Positions 26,109 to 39,079 of a stretch of DNA of 64,000 nt are shown in pieces; position 1 is the stretch's first letter; the number at the start of each line of letters is the position of its first letter. The notes beneath the pieces are model-generated. The model did no database searches. It had not been told where the DNA came from and saw only the letters and a list, made by a program, of their open reading frames with translations. A program made the translations under genes and the position numbers. Origin of the DNA: Mobula hypostoma (taxonomy: Eukaryota); assembly GCF_963921235.1 (NCBI RefSeq), contig NC_086097.1:80230001-80294000 (forward strand), in the 5' to 3' direction.

Positions 26109-27189
26109 AATCTATATGAAGTTACAAGGGTCTTATGTGATACACAAATCTCCTTAAACTCCTAATGAAGTCAAGCTGCTTGTGTGCCTTCTGAGTGATT
26201 GCATAGGCCCAGGATCGATCTTCTATTATGTTGACACTCAGGAAGCTGAAGCATCTCACCCATTCCACCGCTGACCCCACAATGAGGACTGGTAAATATG
26301 CTTCTCCTTCCTAAGGTCTACAATCAATTTCTCGGTCTTGCTGATGTTGTGTGTGAGGTTGTTGTTGCAACACCACTCATCCGGCTTATTACATTTCAAA
26401 TCTCCTCTAATCCTTACAACATAATCTATGTTCCCCAGTTAGCAACCTTTTAGTAAAGGGAAATCAGTTTGTTTGCACTTCCCTTAATTTTGAACACCTC
26501 ACTTAAACTTTCCCTCAGTCTCTTTTGTTCATGATTTCACATCAGGAATGACAAAGTATCTCAAATGCCATGCACATGATCCATTTTCACTCAAATTTTA
26601 TTCGTCTCACCTTTTCTGACACTTTAAGTCCACTGACTCATGCATTCTTCAAAGAAGTTCATTAGTCTGTATATGCATTATAAATGTCCATGTGGTATTC
26701 TCTAAGCAAAATGAATGTAAGTATAAATTCTGCATGTCTCTGACTATAGCCTGTCCAGAGTCTTACTGGTTGAAATAAAAATGATTATTGAGTTGGGCCT
26801 TGGGGAATGTTATTTCAGTTCAAAATAAATTGTGAAAGTGGAAATAACTCACATTTGAGATATCTACAGTATAAAACCCTCTCTGAGTGGTCTCTACACT
26901 TAGCTGGGTCTGGTTTGCAAACAATGGAATTAAAAGCTGACAGAAAACACTTCCAAATGCTGCAGGCACCCCAACATAACAAGCAAGTCAAAGAGTGGCA
27001 CAGGGGAAGCCCTGTTTCCCTTTCCATAACGATAACTATTATTCATAGTCACAGACATAAAAGCACTCAGATCCTGAAACACATGACAAAAATAACCGCA
27101 TGCACTGCTGTACTTCTGTGAAGACTGACACTGATACTTACAGAGGAGGAAGAGTGAATGAGAGATAGAAGATATTAAATTAATTATTT

Positions 27190-28108
27190 AGATGATTAAG
27201 GTGGTAAACTGGACAAGCAAGTTTGCAGATGACAGCAAGATTAGGGTGCAGCGGACAGTGAGGAAGACTATCAAAGCTTGCAAAGTGATCTGGACCAGAT
27301 GGACAAACGGGCTGAAAATTGGCAGATGGAATTCAATGCAGACAAGTGTGGGGTGTTGCATTTTGAAAGGACAAACCAGAGAAGGACTTACCCAGTGAAC
27401 AGTAAGGGATTTAGGTGTGCAGCAGAACAAATGAATCTGGGAATACAGATGCATAATTCCTTTAAAGTGGGGTCACAGGTAGATAGGGTCATAAAGAGAG
27501 CCTTTGACACACTGGCCTTCATAAATCAGAGCACTGAATGTTAGGTTGAGATGCTATGCTGAAACTGTATAAGGCATAAGTAAGGATGAATTTAGATTTT
27601 TGTCTGCAGTTCTGGTCGCCTACCTTCAGGAAGATAGCAATAAGTTTGAAAGAGTTCAGACAAAATTCACAAGAATGTTGGGATTAAGGACCTAAGTAAT
27701 AGGTTGAATAGGTTAGTACTTTGTTCTCTGGAGTGTAGGAAAATGAGGGGAAATTGTGTAGAGGTATACAAAATTATGAGGGGTATAGATAGGGTTTTTT
27801 GCCCCTGAGGTTCAGTGGGACTAGAACTAAAGGACATAGGTAGAGGATGAAAGGTGAAGTATTTCAGGGGAACCCAAGGTGGAACGCCTTCATTCGGAGG
27901 GTGATGTGAGTGTGGAATGAGCTGACAGTGGAAGTGTGGATGTGGGTTTGATTGTAACAGGTTTGGATAAGTAGATGGATGAGAGGGGTAAGAAGATCTA
28001 TGGTCTAGGTGCAGGTAGATGGGCCTAGGTAGACAAAGCAAGTCAGTATGGAGAAAATGGGCCAAATGGCCTGTTTCTATGCTGAAGCACAATGACTCTG
28101 ACTATGAC
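27190..28108 (+). mobile_element. CR1 3' fragment
   Basis: SKFADD..WQMEFNADKCGVLHF; (ATGACTCT) tail. Confidence 0.88.
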
Positions 28109-29159
28109 CAGGAGTACCCGATGCAGAGGTGCTGCTGAATGTGCTGACAGGAGTTTATAAGCACACTTCCAGCTCTGTTTACCACCACTGCCCCCTCTCT
28201 GCAGGGACCTCTAAGGGGGCACAACCAAGAACTTTGGGAGTCATCTAATATATCATATATTGCTTTTAGGCATCTGAACTAAATCCTTGGTGGTTTTTGC
28301 TTTCTTTAATAAGTATTATGAAAGCTGTGCATCAGGGGCCTACCTCAGAAAACTGGATGGAGGAAAATGTAGTCTACAAATAGAGAAGAGAGATTCAGAG
28401 GATGGGATGTGTCAACACCTGGAGTTTGCCCGATTTTCTGCACCTACGAGGAGTACTGTAAAAGCCAGAAGCTGCCACCACTCTTTCATTGCTGAGTTAG
28501 TGGACCTCTGTGCAAAATTATTCAAAATCAAATCAGGTTCTCTATTTTAGTGTGGCAGCCTGCTCTGAATAACTCAGCAAGTGCTATGCCCTTCCACGGT
28601 GGGACACTCAGCGGCACCCAAAACTAGGGCTGCATATGGTGTCATGGACACATTTTTATGATGACCAGTTCACTCATTGTTACATGTTTTTTTTCCCCTG
28701 GGGAAGTTAACATTGCAGCTATTATACTCATTCAGAAAGACACAGAAGTTTTAAAATCAGAAGCTGAAGAAGTACAAGAAATGTTTTTAAGTGTCCTTTA
28801 TCTGCAAAACCATGGATTGCAATCTCCAGAAACTGTTTAACAGTCTTCTATTTTTATGCATCTTTTTGCACGAGCCAACTTTTGAGATACTGATTATTAT
28901 ATAATATTATGTTTTTCAGCATTTTGTATAAAATATCCTGAAAGATCTGCACTGGTCACAGTTATCTTTGGCAGCACTCTGGTCTCAAAAAAGTTTTTGC
29001 AGGTACAAAACAAATCGTCCAGCTGTGTGTTTCTTTTGCATTGTGAGTAAATCTATTTTCAAAACTTACCTTGACATTCCACTATGAGATGCAGATAAAA
29101 GCTATAACAATAGGGTGAGGTTAAGCTGTTGATGAACAGCCAGAATTTTAAGTACTGTT

Positions 29160-29460
29160 GTGGAGGCTCAAGTTCAAATCTTACCAAGGCATCTCAGGAA
29201 TTTAAATTCACGTACTTAAGAAATAAAGTTACCCCAGTGTTGGTAACCGGGAAAAAAAATGCATTGTTGCAAAAATCATCTGGTTAACCAGTCTCATCTG
29301 GCAGAGGAAATCTGCCACCCCTACCTGGCTTGGTCTGCATGTGACTCCAGACCCCACTACTGTGTTTGGTTCCCAACTAACCATCTCATTCTATGGCACT
29401 TGGGGAGGGCAGCAAATGTTAATGCGGCCAATGACATTCTATATCTAATGAATGAATAAA
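29160..29460 (+). mobile_element. Old SINE remnant
   Basis: B-box-like AGTTCAAATC; GGAAATCTGCC..TGTGACTCCAGACCC body; AATGAATGAATAAA end. Confidence 0.45.
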
Positions 29461-32113
29461 TGAAAAAAAAGTATTTTTACTGAACTCAGCTTTGAGGACA
29501 AGACTGCATTATTAGAAACTATGGAGGAAAACCATCTGTAAGAGGGTGAATTATTTCATGTTGCAGCAGAAGTGAAAATTTGCATATCCTAAATGCCGAT
29601 GATTCTGAACAAATTATTTCAATTTTGCTTCATAATTTAGGGGAATTCTGTGAAAGTATCTTGAATTATTTTACTCTTTGGAGGCATGGCTATCTGTCAG
29701 CAAATCTCAGTTGCTGATTTATCACACTGAGGTGACGAGGGATGGCTCATTTCCCAAACTGAGCATCACAGGAATAGCAATGCACAGTCAAAAACAAACG
29801 GATACCTCTACTTCAGGACCACTGGATGATTTGCATTCCTTAGAACTTTCCTGCTGCTCACTGTGATTGATGCTGCACTGATTCTAATCACCTTAGTGCC
29901 CAGGTAAACTGAATCAGAATTATCCTAAGTACTTAATTAAGTGGGACTTAATATTGTGCAGTAATCGACCTCAACAGAGCCATTTGTAGCCTTGTCTACA
30001 TGCAGCATGAAAAACCCTGCTGGGTTCCCCTGTGATACTGACAACTGGCGAGTGGGTTGGGTGGGGTGGGGTGGTCTAATGGCCTAGCAGGAAGGTATGC
30101 TAGTGTTGCACAGGGGTGTGGTTGTGTGGTTTAAGCTAGAGTTACAGGAGGATGGGAATCAGAGTGCCAGAACTGGTAGTGGGAGTGGTTGTGGAGAAAG
30201 ATGCTTTTAACACCTCAGACAAAGTCAAGAATCAAAAGGGTGAATATCCTGCGACTAATGTCCTGAGCTGCATATATTTCAATCCAAGGAGTGTTGCAGG
30301 AAAGGCGGTTGAGCTTAGGGCATGGATCAACAAGTGGAATTATGACATTGTAGCCATTAGGGAGACTTGGTTGCAGGAGGGGCAAGGCTAGTAGCTCAGT
30401 GTTCTGGGGTTCTGTTGTTTTAGACATGACAGAGCGGGAGGGATTAAAGGGAGAGGGGTGGCATTACTAGTCAGGGAAAATGTCATGACAGTGCTCAGGT
30501 AGGCCAGATTGGAGAACACATCTGGTGAGGCTTTATGGGTAAAATTGAGGAATAAGAACAGTATGACCACGTTATTGGGATTATATCATGGACCACCCAA
30601 CAATCCGCAGGATTTAGAGGAGCAAATTTGTAGACAGATCGCAGACCGTTTCTAATGGATCGTGTCGTATCACAAACAAAAGGTTGTGATAGTAGGTGAT
30701 TTTAACTTTCCACATATTGACTGGGACTCATACTGTAAAAGGGATGGATGGGGAAGAGCTTGTCAAATGTGTTCAGGTAAGTTTTCTTAATCAGTACATA
30801 GAGGCCCCAACTGGAGCGAGTGTGGTACTGAATCTCCTATAGGGAATGAGTTTTACACAAACTCCTATAGACAGTTTATGTAGGGAACATTTTGCATTCC
30901 GTAATGATAATGCCATTAGTTTCAAGGTAATTATGGAAACAAATAGGTCCGCTCCTTGGGCTGAAATTCTAAATTGGAGAAAGGTGGTATCTGAAAGGAT
31001 CTGGCAAGTGTGGATTGGGACAGGTGCTTCCTGGCAAAGGTGTACTTGGTCAGTGGGATTTTGAGAGTACAGAGTAAGTACGTTCCTGTCAGAATAAAAG
31101 GCAAAGATAACAAGTTTAGGGAACCTTGGTTTCTGAGAAGGAAATCGGGGGCTAAAAGAAGGCATGAGTTTGCTCTTGCAGACAAGGTGAAGGATAATCC
31201 TAAGGGCATCGACAGATATATCAAGAGAAAATTTTGACCCTACGGACAGAAATTGCAGGGGGCCCAGCAAAAATATTTAGATTATCCTTAGCTATGGATG
31301 AGGTGCCAGAGGATTGGAGGACAGCTAATGTTGTTCGGTTGTTTAAGAAAGGCTCTACAAATAAGTCAGGAAATTATAGGCTGGTGAGCCTGATATCAGT
31401 AGAGGGAAAGATAATGGAAGGTATTCTAAGGGACCAGAGGTATAAATATTTGGATAGACAGAGACTGGTTAGAGATAATCAACATGGCTTTGTGCATGAT
31501 AGGTCATGTCTAATCAATCTTATAGAATTTTTCAAGGAAGTGGCCAGGGAAGTTGATGAAGCAGTGGCTATTGAGTGGCAAGACAGTAGATGGATGTTAG
31601 CGAGGCTTTTGACAAACACCCACATGGGAGATCAGTCAAGAAGGTTCAGTGGCTTGGCATTCAAGGTGAGGTAGTAAATTGGATTAGACATTGGCTTTGT
31701 GGGAGAAGGTAGAGAGTGGTAGTAGATGGTTGCTTCTCTGACTGGATGTTTGTGACCAGTGGTGTGCCACGGGGATCAGTGATAGGTCTGCTGTTTTTTG
31801 TCATCCACTGTATATCAATGATAATGTGGTTAACTGGATCAACAAATTTGCAGATGACACCAAGATTGGAGATGTACAGGACAGCGAGGTAGACTATCAT
31901 GGCTTACAGTTGAATCTGGACCAACTGGAAAAATGTGCTGAAAAACAGCAGATGGGATTTAAAGCAGACAAGTGTGAGGTGTTGCACGTGGCGAAGACCA
32001 ACTAGGGTAGGTCTTACATGGAGAGTGGTAGGGTACTGAGGGGTTTGATAGAACAGAGGCATCTGGGGATACAAGTCCATAATTCATTGAAAGTGACGTC
32101 ACAGATAGATAGC

Positions 32114-33387
32114 AAACAACAGGAATTCTGCAGACGCTCTTAAACTTTTCAATAATTTTAAGTTCCCTGGCCCCCACCGCTTTATTTTCCGCCCCATCTG
32201 CTCTCAGGATGAGGACAAGGGAGATGTCCTCCTTTTTTAAAGAAAGGGGCTTCCCTTCCTCCACCATCAACTCTGCTCTCAAACGCATCTCCCCCATTTC
32301 ATGCACATCTGCTCTCACTCCATCCTCCCGCTACCCCACTAGGAATAGGGTTCCTCGGTCCTCACCTACCACCTCACCAGCCTCTGGGTCCAACATATTA
32401 TTCTCCGTAACTTCCGTCACCTCCAACGGGATCCCACCACTAAGCACATCTTTCCCTCGCCCCCCCCCGCTTTCCGCAGAGATCGCTCCCTACGTGACTC
32501 CCTTGTCCATTTGTCCCCCCCATTCCTCCCCACTGATCTCCCTCCTGGCACTTATCCTTGTAAGCGGAACAAGCGCTACACATGCCCTTACACTTCCTCC
32601 CTTACCACCATTCAGGGCCCCAAACAGTCCTTCCAGGTGAGGCAACACTTCACCTGTGAGTCGGCTGGGGTGATCTACTGCGTCCGGTGCTCCCTATGTG
32701 GCCTTCTACAGATTGGTGAGACCCGACACAGACTGGGAGACCACTTTGCTGAACACCTATGCTCTGTCCGCCAGAGAAAGCAGGATCTCCCAGTGGCCAT
32801 ACATCTTAATTCCACATCCCATTCCCATTCTGACATGTCAATCAACGACCTTCTCTACTGTAAAGATGAAGCCACACTCAGGTTGGAGGAACAACACCTG
32901 ATATTCCGTCTGGGTAGCCTCCAACCTGATGGCATGAACATTGACCTCTCTAACTTCCGCTAATGCTCCACCTCCCCCTCGTACCCCATCCGTTATTTAT
33001 TTTTATACACACATTCTTTCTCTCACTCTCCTTTTTCTCCCTCTGTCCCTCTGACTATACCCCTTGTCCATCCTCTGGTTCCCCCCCCCTTGTCTTTCTC
33101 CCTGGGCCTCCTGTCCCATGATCCTCTCATATCCCTTTTGCCTATCACCTGTCCAGCTCTTGGCTCCATCCCTCCCCCTCCTGTCTTCTCCTATCATTTT
33201 GGATCTCCCCCTCCCCCTCCCACTTTCAAATCTCTTACTAACTCTTCCTTCAGTTAGTCCTGATGAAGGGTCTCGGCCTGAAACGTCGACTGCACCTCTT
33301 CCTAGAGATGCTGCCTGGCCTGCTGTGTTCACCAGCAACTTTGATGTGTGTTGCTTGAATTTCCAGCATCTGCAGAATTCCTGTTGT
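32114..33387 (+). mobile_element. Penelope-like element 3' part: RT C-terminus, GIY-YIG endonuclease and pLTR; short inverted tail copy at the 5' end
   Basis: FFKERGFP..FTCESAGVIYCVRCSLCGLLQIGETRHRLGDHFAEH..LRLEEQHLIFRLGSLQPDGMN; 32114-32138 is an inverted copy of 33364-33387. Confidence 0.92.
33255..33292 (+). ncRNA. Minimal type I hammerhead ribozyme (Penelope pLTR)
   Basis: TAGTC | CTGATGA | AGG-GTCTCGG-CCT | GAAAC | GTC | GACTG. The core boxes are intact, stem I is TAGTC/GACTG, and helix III is the loopless palindrome ACGT. Confidence 0.8.
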
Positions 33388-35531
33388 AGACTGAGGGGAG
33401 ATTTGATAGAGGTATACACAATTATGAGGGATTTAGATATGGTAAATGCAAGCAGGCTTTTTCCACGGAGGTTGGGTGAGACTAGAACTAGAGGCCATGG
33501 GTTAAGGGTGAAGGATGAAATGTTTGAGGGGAACATGAGGAGGAATTTCTTCACTCAGAGGGTGGTGAGAGTGTGCAACGAGCTGCCAGTGCAAGTGGTG
33601 GATGCAGATTGGATTTCAGCATTTAAGAGAGATTTGGAGAGGTACTTGGATGGGAGCGGTATGGAGGGCTATGGTCAGGAGCAGGTCGATGGGACTAGGC
33701 AGATTAACGGCTTGGCAACGATTAGATGGGCTGAAAGGCCTGTTTCTGTGTTATAGAGCTCCATGACTCTATGTTCTGCTGTGATCAGTATCACTGTGCC
33801 CATGTTCCTGAATTTGTACTCTTTCCAAATGATTTGTCTGGCAGTTCTTGTGACTTCTTAATATGAGCTCTTCAGTGCCTGTGTCAATGTCACTAGGAAG
33901 GAATGTATCAAGCTGTCATCTCCTCCACAGCATGTGGCCATAGCAACCTTTCCTATGGCAAGCTTTTGGATTACACAGAATCTCACATCTGGCCACTGTA
34001 TATGATAGATGCAGGATTATCCCTTTCCTTCTTGAGGACAAAGGACACAATTTTCCACACAAATGCACACCAAAGCATTTTGGAACATCAGTTCGGATTC
34101 TTCGTGGAAATTTTTATCTCTAAAACAAATTGTAGGAACCTTATTTAATCTTCCTCTCACGTTTCTGACTCTTTGTTTGTTACCTCACTTTTATAACCGG
34201 GCTATCTGTAGCATCATTACTGGCCTTTTCATGCATTAATTAAAAGAATGCAATATTTGACAGAGATGCTTACAAATGCTGTAGCTATATAATTAAAAAC
34301 ACAGCTATAAAAGCTATAATTGCTCACAGTGACTGGAAAAATATACTGCTTCAGGAACCTAAAATTAGGTTTAATAGGTCCATTAATGTGATTCATTATA
34401 ACTTGAAATCCACAGTATGAGTTGCCTTCAATTCACAACAAAACCTTGGTCAATTATCCCAACATTACAATTATAGGTGATCTTCAAGTTATCGCATATA
34501 TACACAATTACAAAAAGCATTGAGTCAACCTTTAATAAGCATAGCCATTAATCAGCAAGAATATTGGCAATCTGGGAAGACATATAGGCTGGGTTGACTT
34601 TACTGTCATTTATTTATAGGCTGTCAAGAAATGTACAAAAACTTCAGAAGCTCGGTGAATAGAGTTTATCAGCGAACTATTACTGATGTTTTAAAGGATA
34701 CTCTGAACTGCCTGACTGTGATTTACTGTTACTAAGCAAGCAAAACAATTCAAGAAAGCAGGGAAGTAAGCATATATTGAAGAAACAATTGAGGTAAATA
34801 CAAATGTAACAGAAGGTGCTGATAAACCAATGATTTCACATTATCAGTTGGAAATGATGTTCTGACCAACTATATGCAGTGTATATTAAAAGTAGATTGT
34901 CTGAAATTGTCATTTAGCTATATGATTATTTCACTGAATGTGGATTGTCAAAAGCAAGCGATCCTCAGTAAAGTAAATAAAGATGGTTTTAGGTTGGACA
35001 GAGACAGTAATTTTACAAGTTGTATTGCTTTACTTTCACTTATTCTGCTGGTAATAAGCGTGATTTTTATTGGCCAACTGAGCCACATTGGAAATGAGGA
35101 CAGTTCTGTCTTTATCAGCTGCTGCTTTGATTGTGAATGTTCCCAAAGTGGTTTTGATATGCCTTAGCAACTGTATGCCAAAGGGCAGTTATGAGTGAAC
35201 ACTTTGAACATTTTCTGCGTAGTCTGTGATAAGATCATCCCGATTATGTGAATAATGCTTTGAGATTCCACTGGTAATTAAAAATAAGCTCATGTCTGGT
35301 GCACAATTCTAGCTGATACAATTTGACCATCACACTTTCATCACCAACACAAAATAAATAACTGTAAATCAGGAATAATGAAATATAGAATTTACCAATA
35401 AAAAGTGTTTATGAACTTAATACCAGCATTTTATTTTTTAATAATAGTAATTTCTAATGTCCAAAAGTATGCCATTAAAGGTAAATGCACCTAAAGCCAT
35501 CATTCTTCACAGTTACGTCATTAATTTCTGA

Positions 35532-35885
35532 TTCCCAGTTCAGGGACAGGTATTATCCTTCAACTATCACTCAACTTCAGCTGCCCCATTATGAATCGTT
35601 CCCACAACCTATGGACTCACTTTCAAGGACTCGTCATTTCATATTCTTAAAGTTTATTGTTTATTTATTTATTATTATTATTTCTTTATTTTTGTATTTG
35701 CAAAGTTTGTTGTCTTTTGCATACTGGTTGAACACCCAAGTTGGTGCAGTCTTTCATAGATTCTATTATGGTTATTATTCTATTTATGGATTTGTTGAGT
35801 ATGCCCACATGAAAATGAATCTCAGGGTTGTATATGGTGACATATATGTACTTTGATAATAAATTTACTTTGAACTTCAAACTTT
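35532..35885 (+). repeat. Rex1-type 3' tail
   Basis: AATCTCAGGGTTGTATATGGTGACATATATGTACTTTGATAATAAATTTACTTTGAACTT. Confidence 0.75.
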
Positions 35886-36119
35886 AATTTATTATACTTA
35901 AAATTTTTATTTTGAAACTTCAATGAAGAAGTTGTTTTTATGTTCACTTGAAGACTTCAGATTTTTTAAAAGCCAGAAGTCATAAGCATGCACAGAGAGG
36001 CGGGTTTATTGGGACTCTGTGCCTGCTGGTTACAAGGATTAGGCTGGTATATAACTCTGCTTAGGTTCTCCATTTATGCTTTGGAGGAACTGAGGGAAGT
36101 GGGTACAGAGTTGACTTTC

Positions 36120-36935
36120 AAAATTCAAAGTTCAAAGATCAAAGTTAAATTTATTATCAGGGTTCTTACACGTCACCACATAGAACCCTGAGATTCCTTC
36201 TTCTGTAGGCATACTTAGCAAATCTGTGGAACAGTAGCTGTAAAGGATCAATGAACAAAAACTGTGCAAATGCAAATATAAATAAATTGCAATAAATAAT
36301 GAGTATGAAATAACATGAAATAAAAAAGCATGAAGTAACAAGAAAAAGAGTTGATAAAGTGGCTTCGGTTGTGGGAACACCGGAAATAGAATGAGTGTAG
36401 TTATCCACCTTTGTTCAAGAGCCTAATGGTTGAGGAGTAGTAACTGCTCCTGAACATGGTGGTGTGAGTCCTGGACACTTGTACCTTTTGCCTAATGGCA
36501 GCAGCAAGAAAAGAGCCTGGCCTGGGTGGTGAGGATCTTTGATAATGGATGCTGCTTTTCTACAGCAATGTTTCATGTAGATGTGCTCAATGGCTCGGAG
36601 GGTTTTACCCATGATGGACTAGGTCTTGTTCAAGAACTCATTTCAGGGCCAGAATCCACTACATTTTGTAGGATTTTCCATTCAAAGGCATTGGTGTTCC
36701 CATACTAGGGCATAATACAGCCAGTCAACACACTTCCCACCACATTGCTATAGAAGTTTGCCAAGGTTTTTGATGCCATGCCAAATCTCCGCTGACTCCT
36801 GAGGAAGCAGAGGTGCTGTTGTGCTTTCTTTGCAATTATACTTATATGATGGATTTAGGACAGGTCCTCTGAGATAGTAATGCCCTGGGGTTTAAAGGTA
36901 CTGACCTTTTCCATCTCTGATCCTCTGATGAGTTT
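36120..36935 (-). mobile_element. Rex1 3' fragment
   Basis: KAASIIKDPHHPGQALFLLLP; same tail type, in reverse. Confidence 0.85.
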
Positions 36936-36949
36936 AACCAGGCCTGTTT

Positions 36950-39045
36950 GAAGAGAACCTTGCCCAATTATCACCAGCACATAACCTGTTGCACAAGAGG
37001 TTCCAACACACTAGACCACTGCTACACTATAATAAGGAGTGCCTACCCTTCCTTCCCAAGACTGCATTTTGGCAAGTCAGATTGTTTGGCTGTATTCATG
37101 CTACCTGCACATAGAGCCTAAAGAGCAAAGCTCCAAAGATCAAGATAGCTAAGAGGTGGTCGTGGGAGGCAGAGGAATGGTTACAAGATTGCCCCGAGTC
37201 AGTGGACTGAGCCGTGTTCAAGAACACATCTGAGGACCTGAATGACTTCACTGGGGTTGTTACAGATTTTATTAAAACAGCCGTGAATGAGCTTATCCCC
37301 ACGAAATTGTTCAGGGTTTTCCCCAATCAGAAGCCCTGGATGAACAATGAAATCCAGAATCTGCCGAGAGCCAGATCAGAGGCATTCAAGTTAGGGGATC
37401 AAGAATGCTACAAGAGGTGTGGGTATCATCTCTGGAAAGTTATCCCTCGGGTGGAGTGGAGATTCTGGACTAGACTGGAATCAATGAGGGATGCTTGACA
37501 GCTGTGGCAGGGATTGAATGCCATTACCTCTTACAAAGTTAAGTCTTGCGACAAAGGGGGCAGCAGAGTTTCACTTCCAGATGAGCTCAATGCCTTCTAT
37601 GCTCACTTTGACCACTAGAACAAGTAGAAACTATCATGTACCCCCATGTCTCCCGATGAACCTTTGTTCTCAGCATCTGAAGATGATGTGCGGGCTGCCT
37701 TCAAGAGAATGAATCCAAAGAAAGCATCCGGTCCGGATGGAGTACCTGGTCGAGTACTGAAGACCTCTGCCGACCAACTGGCTGGTGTATTCACGGATAT
37801 CTTCAACCTCTCGCTCTGGCAGTATGTGGTACCCACCTGCTTCGAGCAGACTTCCATCAAATCATTGCCCAAGAAGAGTGTGGTAACCTGTCTAAATGAC
37901 TATCATCCAGTGTCACTTACATCCACAGTGATGAAGTGTTTTGAGAGGCCCCTGTCTGAGAGGCAACTTGAATCCACTCCAATTCGCCTATCGAAGCAAC
38001 AAGTCTGCAGCAGATGCTATCTCACTGGCTCTTCACATAACCCTGGAAGATCTGAATAGCAAAGCTGCATACATCAGGATGCTCTCTATTGATTACATCT
38101 CAGCATTCAACACCATCATCCCCTCAAAATGGAGTTCAACCCAGATAAGTGTGAGGTGGTTCATTTTGGTAGGTCAAATATGATGGCAGAATATAGTACT
38201 GTATCCTTTCTTGGCAGTGTGGAGGATCAGAGGGATCTTGGGGTCTGAGTCCATAGGACACTCAAAGCTGCTGCGCAGGCCTTATAGGTTGAGTGAACTT
38301 GGCTTTTTCTCTTTGGAGCGATGGAGGATGAGAGGTGACCTGCTGGAGGTGTATAAGATGATGAGAGGCATTGATTGTGTGGATAGTCAGAGGCTTTTTC
38401 TCAGGGCTGAAATGGCTAACACGAGAGGGCACAGTTTTAAGGTGCTTGGAAGTAGGTACAGAGGAGATATCAGGAGTAAATTTTTTTACGCAGAGAGTGG
38501 TGAATGTGTGGAATGGGCTGCCGGCGACGGTGGTGGAGGCTGATACAATAGGGTCTTTTAAGAGACTCTTGGATAGGTACATGGAGCTCAGAAAAACAGA
38601 GGGCTATGGGTAACCTGAGGCAATTTCTAAAGTAAGTACATGTTTGCAACAACATTGTGGGCTGAAGAGCCTGTATTGTGCTGTAGGTTTTCTATGTTTC
38701 TAAATTTCTAAAACAGATCAGTAAACTCCAAGACCTAGGCCTCAATGCCCCCTTGTTCAATTGGATCCTGGATTTCTTCACTTGTAGATCCCAGTCAGTT
38801 TGGATTGGCAAAAACATCTCCTCTCCGATCTCCACTAGCACAGGAATACCACAGGGATGTGTACTTAGCCCCCTGCTCTACTCACTTTACACCTATGACT
38901 GTGTGGCTAATTATAGCTCCAACACCATATACAATTTGCCGATGACACCACTGTTGTGGGCTGTATCAAAGGTGGTCATGAATCAGCATACAGGAGGGAG
39001 ATTGAAAATTTGGCTGAATTGTGTCATAACCACAACCTCTCACTC
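36950..39045 (+). mobile_element. Rex1 internal fragment (APE end to RT) interrupted by a CR1 piece
   Basis: [48 protein letters not shown]. Confidence 0.85.
38128..38710 (+). mobile_element. CR1 3' fragment
   Basis: MEFNPDKCEV..RMRGDLLEVYKMM; TTTCTA tail. Confidence 0.85.
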
Positions 39046-39079
39046 AGACCAGATGCGTTCTTTGAATTCACTCTCTTGA

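Larger units (their letters stand above)
25308..26385 (-). mobile_element. Rex1 fragment interrupted by a Tc1 MITE
   Basis: EVILSGYITAWYG..IIKHPDHPGH; resumes after 26108. Confidence 0.8.
30040..33775 (+). mobile_element. CR1 ORF2 (30040-32113 and 33388-33775), with deletions, interrupted by a Penelope element
   Basis: CIYFNPRSV..NYDIVAIRETWL, VGDFNFP, VPEDWRTANVV..GNYRLVSL, KFADDTK, RLRGDLIEVY..RNFFTQRVV. Confidence 0.9.

Noticed and set aside
33003..33756. Long ORFs (183 aa and 230 aa) as novel genes
   Set aside because: They are chance read-through of a Penelope pLTR into a CR1 3' fragment.
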